Below are positions 58,189 through 64,000 of a DNA stretch of 64,000 nt, in pieces; within the stretch, counting starts at the first letter, position 1, and every line of letters starts with the position of its first letter. Source of the DNA: Leptospira sp. (GTDB lineage: Bacteria; Spirochaetota; Leptospiria; Leptospirales; Leptospiraceae); contig JAWXAQ010000002.1 of assembly GCA_034439575.1 (NCBI GenBank), positions 64,001 to 128,000 of the forward strand. The letters run 5' to 3'. The notes beneath the pieces were generated by a model. It was not told the DNA's origin. It searched no databases and was given only the letters and a program-made list of their open reading frames with translations. A program made the position numbers and the translations under genes.

Positions 58189-59628
58189 ATGAATGAACCA
58201 TTGTTTCAAAAATTGACTGGGAAAATAACATCTGCTCGTCCTTGGACTAAGGCATTGATCGATCGATTTGAAATTCTTATCAAGAATGAAGATGATTATT
58301 CATTGTTTCGAATCAATCCATATAGTTTTGCCAATACGAATAATTTCCAGGCCTCTGAAGTTTTGGATTTATTTTTGTACGCCTCAAAGAACGGAATTTT
58401 TGTGATGGAATGGTTATTGATTTGTCCGAGATGTGGAGATCCAGTCAATAATTTCAATAAGTTAATGCATGTTCATAATAGGTATCATTGTGAATTTTGT
58501 CGCAGAGATTATCAAACTACATTGGATGATTCTATCCAAGTTAGTTTTACAATTCATCCAGATATTCGTACTATTTCATTTCATGATCCTTACTCATTAA
58601 CGATTCAAGAATATCAATATAAATTTCATTTTTCAAGAGAAGGAAAAGTTCCTGGATCAAATCAATCCTTTGGAACTTTTTTTAAAGGCAGAGAGAGGTT
58701 TCTTGGTTTTATTGAACCAGGTGAAAAAATAACAAAGGAGATCGATGCGGAAGTTGGTTTTTTAGAAGGCAATGATTTTATGCATCACTCCGAATTTCTC
58801 ATAGAAGTAAAAGATAACATCGGTTATAATGAATTAAACCAAATAAGTATTACATTTTTAGACGATAAACTGAAAGCAGAACCTTTGGTGATTTCAGAGG
58901 GAAAATATAGTTTTGTGATTCAAAATCTTTCTGATAAAAAAATCCCCTTATCTATTTATCAATTAGATAAAGATTTCATGGATACGGAATTTAGTTTAGA
59001 ATTTGATCCCTATTTATCCGCCAAAGAATTGTTAAACAATAAAACGTTTAGAGAACTTTTTAAAGGGGAAGATCTTGTTGGTGCGACAGGCATTGCCATT
59101 AAAGACATTACCATAGTGTTTACTGATTTAAAAGGTTCCACTAATCTTTATGAAAGGATCGGAGATTTAAATGCATTTTCGCTTGTGCACCAACATTTCG
59201 ATGAAGTGGGCCAAGTGATAAGTCGAAACAATGGAATTTTAATCAAAACAATAGGGGATGCGATTATGGCATCTTTCCTAAACCCTTTAGATGCGATGAA
59301 AGCCTCTATTGAAATGCTGAAAGCAATAGAAAGTTTTAATTCTCGGCAGTTAGAAAAAGAGATTGTACTTAAAATAGGCATTCATTCGGGACCTTCGATT
59401 GCAGTGACTCTCAATGAAAGGTTAGATTACTTTGGACAAATCATAAATATCGCGGCTCGTGTCCAAGGGGTTGCCGAAGGCGAAGAGATTTGTTTTACGA
59501 AAGAGATTTATAATTTTCCAGGAGTGCAGGGCCTCATATCACCTAACAACATAAAGTTTGAGGAAGTTTTTTTGAAAGGAATTAAAAATGCTATTTCGTT
59601 ATTTAGAATGGGCTCAAAAATTACTTAG
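58189..59628 (+). CDS. Class III adenylate cyclase with a DUF5939-type N-terminal region
   Basis: FTDLKGST, KTIGDAIM, LDYFG..IN.AARV; N-terminal W...CPRC...CEFC. Confidence 0.88.
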   Translation: MNEPLFQKLTGKITSARPWTKALIDRFEILIKNEDDYSLFRINPYSFANTNNFQASEVLDLFLYASKNGIFVMEWLLICPRCGDPVNNFNKLMHVHNRYHCEFCRRDYQTTLDDSIQVSFTIHPDIRTISFHDPYSLTIQEYQYKFHFSREGKVPGSNQSFGTFFKGRERFLGFIEPGEKITKEIDAEVGFLEGNDFMHHSEFLIEVKDNIGYNELNQISITFLDDKLKAEPLVISEGKYSFVIQNLSDKKIPLSIYQLDKDFMDTEFSLEFDPYLSAKELLNNKTFRELFKGEDLVGATGIAIKDITIVFTDLKGSTNLYERIGDLNAFSLVHQHFDEVGQVISRNNGILIKTIGDAIMASFLNPLDAMKASIEMLKAIESFNSRQLEKEIVLKIGIHSGPSIAVTLNERLDYFGQIINIAARVQGVAEGEEICFTKEIYNFPGVQGLISPNNIKFEEVFLKGIKNAISLFRMGSKIT

Positions 59629-59829
59629 AGCTAACAATTATTCCATTTAATCAAAGTTTGACGGTTTTCAAATATTACTTTGAGTTCCATGAGTTAATTG
59701 AATTTTAGTAGCAATTTCTGCTAAACCATGAAATTTTATGTCGCATTATTTTTTGTATGCTTTTTATTTATAATAGGTGCAAATTAAAACCGAAATATAT
59801 ACTATTATAATATTCGGAGCAAAAGCATT

Positions 59830-61683
59830 GTGGATAGCCAAATTCCAAAGGTAAATTTTTTAAAAAAACTTTTGGTCGCCTTTTTATCTGCTGGGCTCGC
59901 AATAAGTTCCTTTTCATGCTCCCTTCCTTCCATTGTAAAAAACCCACTCGAATTATTTAGTTTTTTCCGCTTTTTATACCCTCCGAGTTCTACGATAAAT
60001 TCTATCAAATATGTTAGATCGGATATGGTTTTCACGATCAACTTGGATATCACTGAACAAATACCAGAAATTTCTGGAAGGATTACAACGTGTATATCTA
60101 CTCCTGAATTGCCGAAAGGGCTGGCATTGGATAGTACGACTTGCAAAATTTCAGGAAAACCTAGTGTTTTGCAAACAGTTACAGCTTATGAAATTTTGGC
60201 TTCAAACAATTTTTCATCTAGTAAAACTACGATTAATATTACTGTAAATGCGGCGGCTCCCACAAATTTTAGTTATACGTCTTCTCCTTTTTCTTTCACT
60301 GTAAATATGCCTATCTCTTCTGTTTCGCCAGCAGTTGATGGAACCATCTCTAGTTGTGCTTCGAATCCAGGATTGCCAACGGGATTGAGTCTTTCTGATG
60401 ACTGTATAATTTCTGGTACACCTACTGTTTTACAGGCAAGTACAATTTATACGATCACTGCCACAAATATATATGGATCTACTTCGACTACTTTAAGTTT
60501 GGCTGTTGTGGTGGCGGCTCCGTCAAGTTTATCTTATGCGGGAGGTCCATTCACTTTCACAATAAATAATGCGATTACAACTGTGAGTCCTACGGTCACA
60601 GGTACTGTGACTTCGTATTCAGTTTCACCCAGTTTACCGATAGGGCTTTCGATTAACACGTCAACTGGGGATCTGAGTGGTACTCCCACCGTTTTGTCGA
60701 CAACTTCAAGTTATACAATAACGGCCGCGAATGCGCAAGGTAGTACCGATTTTAGTCTTTCGATCACTGTAAATGATTCACCGCCATCTGCTTTAAGTTA
60801 CACAGGCTCACCCTTTACGTTTACTCAAAATGCTACTATAACGAATTTGACACCTACCGTCACAGGAACTCCAGTTTCCTATGCAATATCTCCTGCTTTG
60901 CCAACGGGACTTAGTATGAGCACAACTACAGGTGTGATTTCAGGCACTCCGACTAGCACTTCGGCGCTTGCCACATATACTATCACTGCAACAAATTCAG
61001 GTGGAAATACCAATACAACAATTGATATAACAGTGATTAGCAATGTACCAACTGGAGTGGTTGGTGGATCTGGTGGAGTAGCTAAAGCTTTGGTGAGTTG
61101 GAATAACGTTACTGGCGCAACAGCTTATCATATTTATTATTCCTTATCGAGCCCAGTCACTATAGGGGGAGGTGGGGTCACTAAAATTGCTTCGGTCACT
61201 TCTCCTTATACTCATACTGGATTAACAGATGGTGTGCCAGTTTATTATATCGTGACTTCCGAAAATGGCTTGGGAGAAAGTTTGGCCTCGGCTGAGGTAT
61301 CAGGAACACCAGGGTTGCCTGTCGAATGTTCAAGTTATACGAGTTTCAATGGGGACGATCGAACGACAGCAAACACAGGATCAACTTTCTGTGATCAAGG
61401 AGTCACAAATAACCTCTGGATCAGATTTACGGGAACTAATGTCCGTTTGCTTTCTACTTTTATACCGCCTAGTAGCACCTGTTTAACGGATGCCCCTGGT
61501 TATATGACGAGTGCCCATCCGTCAACGGTGGGAACCATTACCGCAAAAACGGTTTGTTATAATTGGTCGGGAAATAACTGTTTTTTTACTAATAGTGTCA
61601 ACGTAATCAATTGTAGCGGGTATTATGTTTATCAATTACCTGATCCAACAAATTGTAGTTTACGTTATTGTACAGAACCGTGA
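59830..61683 (+). CDS. Surface lipoprotein: four putative Ig (He_PIG) domains, an FN3 domain and a uromodulin/GP2 D8C-like C-terminal domain
   Basis: Lipobox SFSC; P.LP.GL.....ISG.P....Y.I.A.N..G repeats; FN3 VSW..V.GA..Y.IYY...YTHTGL..G..YY.V; eight-Cys tip. Confidence 0.82.
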   Translation: MDSQIPKVNFLKKLLVAFLSAGLAISSFSCSLPSIVKNPLELFSFFRFLYPPSSTINSIKYVRSDMVFTINLDITEQIPEISGRITTCISTPELPKGLALDSTTCKISGKPSVLQTVTAYEILASNNFSSSKTTINITVNAAAPTNFSYTSSPFSFTVNMPISSVSPAVDGTISSCASNPGLPTGLSLSDDCIISGTPTVLQASTIYTITATNIYGSTSTTLSLAVVVAAPSSLSYAGGPFTFTINNAITTVSPTVTGTVTSYSVSPSLPIGLSINTSTGDLSGTPTVLSTTSSYTITAANAQGSTDFSLSITVNDSPPSALSYTGSPFTFTQNATITNLTPTVTGTPVSYAISPALPTGLSMSTTTGVISGTPTSTSALATYTITATNSGGNTNTTIDITVISNVPTGVVGGSGGVAKALVSWNNVTGATAYHIYYSLSSPVTIGGGGVTKIASVTSPYTHTGLTDGVPVYYIVTSENGLGESLASAEVSGTPGLPVECSSYTSFNGDDRTTANTGSTFCDQGVTNNLWIRFTGTNVRLLSTFIPPSSTCLTDAPGYMTSAHPSTVGTITAKTVCYNWSGNNCFFTNSVNVINCSGYYVYQLPDPTNCSLRYCTEP

Positions 61684-61743
61684 ATTAAATTACATTTAAG
61701 TTCGCATAATAGAGAATTTATCATATAAAAAGTGTAAATTATC

Positions 61744-62613
61744 TTAATGGATAGGAATATATATATCTGTAATTTTAACTTTCTGAGTTTCAAATGGATT
61801 TAAATAAACTTCAAAGGGCATTTCATTTCGGATTTTAATTTTATATTTAGTAGGATATTCGTAGATTAAGAAATGGTATACGGATTCCAATTCCTTATAA
61901 CTTCCTCTGTGGCGTGTGATTAAATACCTACCACCATTAATCATCTGATAGCCGACAGATTCATAAGTTGGTAAATTTGTTCCGACTGTGATTCCTAAAT
62001 CAAAACGGATTTTTTCACTCTTAGTAATTGATGGATCATCATTTGAAACACCTATCCACTTGTGATTGTTTGGTGAAAGTTTCATTTTATCTATAAATTT
62101 GATTAAGATTTTTGTTTCCTTTGCATTTGGTAATGGACCTGGGAGTTCCTGGTAACTTCCAAATTTTCTAACATAGGCAATTCGAAATGAATCGATAGTT
62201 TTAGAATAAATTTCATGAAGTTTGATACTATTTGGAATTATATTTATCCAATCTGTATCTAAAATTTTTTCTTTTTTAATCGATGAATATTTTTTTCGGT
62301 ACTCAGTCGGACTCAAGTGAAAGAGCCTTTTAAAGGCTCTAGTAAAAGCTTCATGAGATAAAAATCCAGATTCGAGGGCTATTTCAATAATTGGCATTTG
62401 TGAAATTCGAAGTTCATAAGCCGCTTTCTCTAGTCTAAGTCTAGTTATGTGCTTTTTGATCGACTCGCCAGTGGATGATTTGAAAATTCTGTGAAAGTGG
62501 AAATACGAATAATTCGAAAAAAATGCTAATTGATTGAGGGAAATTTTGTGATCTAAATCATTTTGGATTTTGTCATATACTTGGTAAATTTTGTCTTTCA
62601 CAGAATTTTTCAT
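61744..62613 (-). CDS. AraC-family regulator with a GyrI-like ligand-binding domain
   Basis: S.FHFHRIFK..TGE, RLRLEKAA..L, IALESGF.SHEAFTRAFK; H.GSY..L...Y..., E.Y.N, TDIYIP. Confidence 0.92.
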   Translation of the reverse strand: MKNSVKDKIYQVYDKIQNDLDHKISLNQLAFFSNYSYFHFHRIFKSSTGESIKKHITRLRLEKAAYELRISQMPIIEIALESGFLSHEAFTRAFKRLFHLSPTEYRKKYSSIKKEKILDTDWINIIPNSIKLHEIYSKTIDSFRIAYVRKFGSYQELPGPLPNAKETKILIKFIDKMKLSPNNHKWIGVSNDDPSITKSEKIRFDLGITVGTNLPTYESVGYQMINGGRYLITRHRGSYKELESVYHFLIYEYPTKYKIKIRNEMPFEVYLNPFETQKVKITDIYIPIH

Positions 62614-62621
62614 CTGAAATT

Positions 62622-62996
62622 TTAACGCTCTTTCACAATATCAATGCCGATTCCATTCGGATCTATGATGACAAAATGTTCATCACCCCAATCTTCCATT
62701 GTTAGCTCCATTAAAAATGGAATGCCCAATTTTTTAATTCTCTCAAATTCTTTTTCTATGTTTGGTGATTCTAGTATCAACCAAATTCCAGCACCTTGGT
62801 ATTGTTTTTGAAAGACCGAGTGCTTAACTTGTGGTAGATTTGGTAACATAAGTCCCAATTCGTTATCCGGACGATCTTTCGCATGTAAAAGAATAAACCA
62901 GTCACTTTCAAATTTAATTTCAAATTCTAAGACTGTTTTAAAAAATTCCGCTGTCTCTAAAAGTTTATCAGTCACGATCCCAGTTTGTAATTTCAT
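62622..62996 (-). CDS. VOC/glyoxalase family protein
   Basis: T.KL.ET.EFF...L.F...FESDW; E.WG..HF...DPNG. Confidence 0.85.
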   Translation of the reverse strand: MKLQTGIVTDKLLETAEFFKTVLEFEIKFESDWFILLHAKDRPDNELGLMLPNLPQVKHSVFQKQYQGAGIWLILESPNIEKEFERIKKLGIPFLMELTMEDWGDEHFVIIDPNGIGIDIVKER

Positions 62997-63091
62997 ATTT
63001 ATTTCCTCTATTTTTTAGTATAAAGGAAATGAAATATTGAACTTGATCGTTTTTGCTTTTTTTATGTTTTAATAATCAAAGAAATTAAGTT

Positions 63092-64000
63092 TTATGATAG
63101 AAACTGACTGGCCATTTCCACTGCCACTTTACTACCGTTATAGATTCCATCAGTTGAATGTTTGATTACTTTTTCATTCATTCGCAATAACAAATCATTA
63201 GAGAATGCAAAAATTTCGACAAGTTCATGAGCATGTTTTGGTTCACGACATTCTACTGTACCTTCACCTAGTTCTAAGGAACGCAATACCGATGCCGCTT
63301 CATGATCTCCAACGCGACGAATGAATAATTTGGGTATAGGAAAGAAAGCTAATTCAGAAGGTTTTGTGACAAGAACATCTGCTATGCGAATCAATTTGTC
63401 AGTCGCCGAAAATGCTTCCGTATGCGATGAAAAATTAAAAAGTACAACAGAAGGAGTTTTATCTCGTTCATCCTCTTTTAATGGGTGATCAGAAATAAAA
63501 TCTTGTAATTGTTCCCAAGTCAGTATGGATTTATAAGGAATTTTTTGTTGGTTTAAAAATTCTTCAAAACCATTTAAAACTTTTGTATGGTCTCCCGTAT
63601 TGATCCAAAAATGAAAGTCACGATCGAGTAGTGCTGATTTTGAAAGTGCGATCACATCTTGCACAAAACTTCTTTGGGCTCCAGCTCCGCCAATGGGAAT
63701 GAGAAACCTTCTTTTTTTCTTTTCATCAATTCGGCGGATACGATTTTCACTATCAATGTTCGCATTACGCGCGATATCTTCTGAAACCCAATGGCCTGCG
63801 ACAGCCAAATTTTCTTTAGGTACTCCCATTTCGATGTACTTTGTATACGAAGATGGACTTTGGACTAAGTTCATGGCACCCGGAACTAATAAATAAAATT
63901 GTGGGAAATTGTCACAAATTAAGTGAATCACATTTTTAAAGTTAGATGCCACTGCAATTTGACCGTTTAACGGGTATGTTGTGATGACAGGATTTTCTTT
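63092..64000 (-). CDS. Glycosyltransferase-like (GT-B/MGDG-synthase-like) protein, C-terminal part (partial)
   Basis: The frame stays open to the window end (KENPVITTYPLNGQIAV...); IGGAGAQ, N.GDH, DVLVTKPSELAFFP.PKL..RRVGDHE. Confidence 0.6.
   Translation of the reverse strand, partial: KENPVITTYPLNGQIAVASNFKNVIHLICDNFPQFYLLVPGAMNLVQSPSSYTKYIEMGVPKENLAVAGHWVSEDIARNANIDSENRIRRIDEKKKRRFLIPIGGAGAQRSFVQDVIALSKSALLDRDFHFWINTGDHTKVLNGFEEFLNQQKIPYKSILTWEQLQDFISDHPLKEDERDKTPSVVLFNFSSHTEAFSATDKLIRIADVLVTKPSELAFFPIPKLFIRRVGDHEAASVLRSLELGEGTVECREPKHAHELVEIFAFSNDLLLRMNEKVIKHSTDGIYNGSKVAVEMASQFLS

Overview
AT-rich bacterial chromosomal window, almost certainly a Leptospira (Loa22, Leptospira-type LpxA, 7TM-DISM sensors, many spirochaetal lipoproteins). 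The gene mix suggests a free-living or saprophytic species, which is inference. Housekeeping genes (rluD fragment, loa22, fumC, class I fumarase, cysK, slyD, ccr, map, gpsA, recG, galE, lpxA) alternate with accessory blocks: ankyrin/SH3/TPR lipoproteins, Ig-stalk surface proteins, a porin-lipoprotein-sbp-cysK sulfur cluster, an MbnP/MbnH copper operon and a SigZ-linked metalloid-detoxification-like module. Four observations stand out. (1) An Ig-stalk surface lipoprotein (59830-61683) ends in a domain that looks like the animal uromodulin/GP2 D8C(D10C) domain. (2) The SigZ ECF sigma locus carries three copies of a promoter motif TTTGCATC-N16-CGTC, in front of a flavin oxidoreductase-MFS operon, sigZ itself and a 60-aa Cys-rich peptide that resembles the detached C-terminal tail of the oxidoreductase family. 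(3) A Cys/His-rich leader ORF ending in KPP precedes mbnPH and recalls the copper-sensing leaders CruR/CutF. (4) Two copies of a Flavo-1-like structured RNA are present. No rRNA, tRNA, CRISPR array or transposase was recognised. All family calls come from reading motifs by eye; no database search was run.
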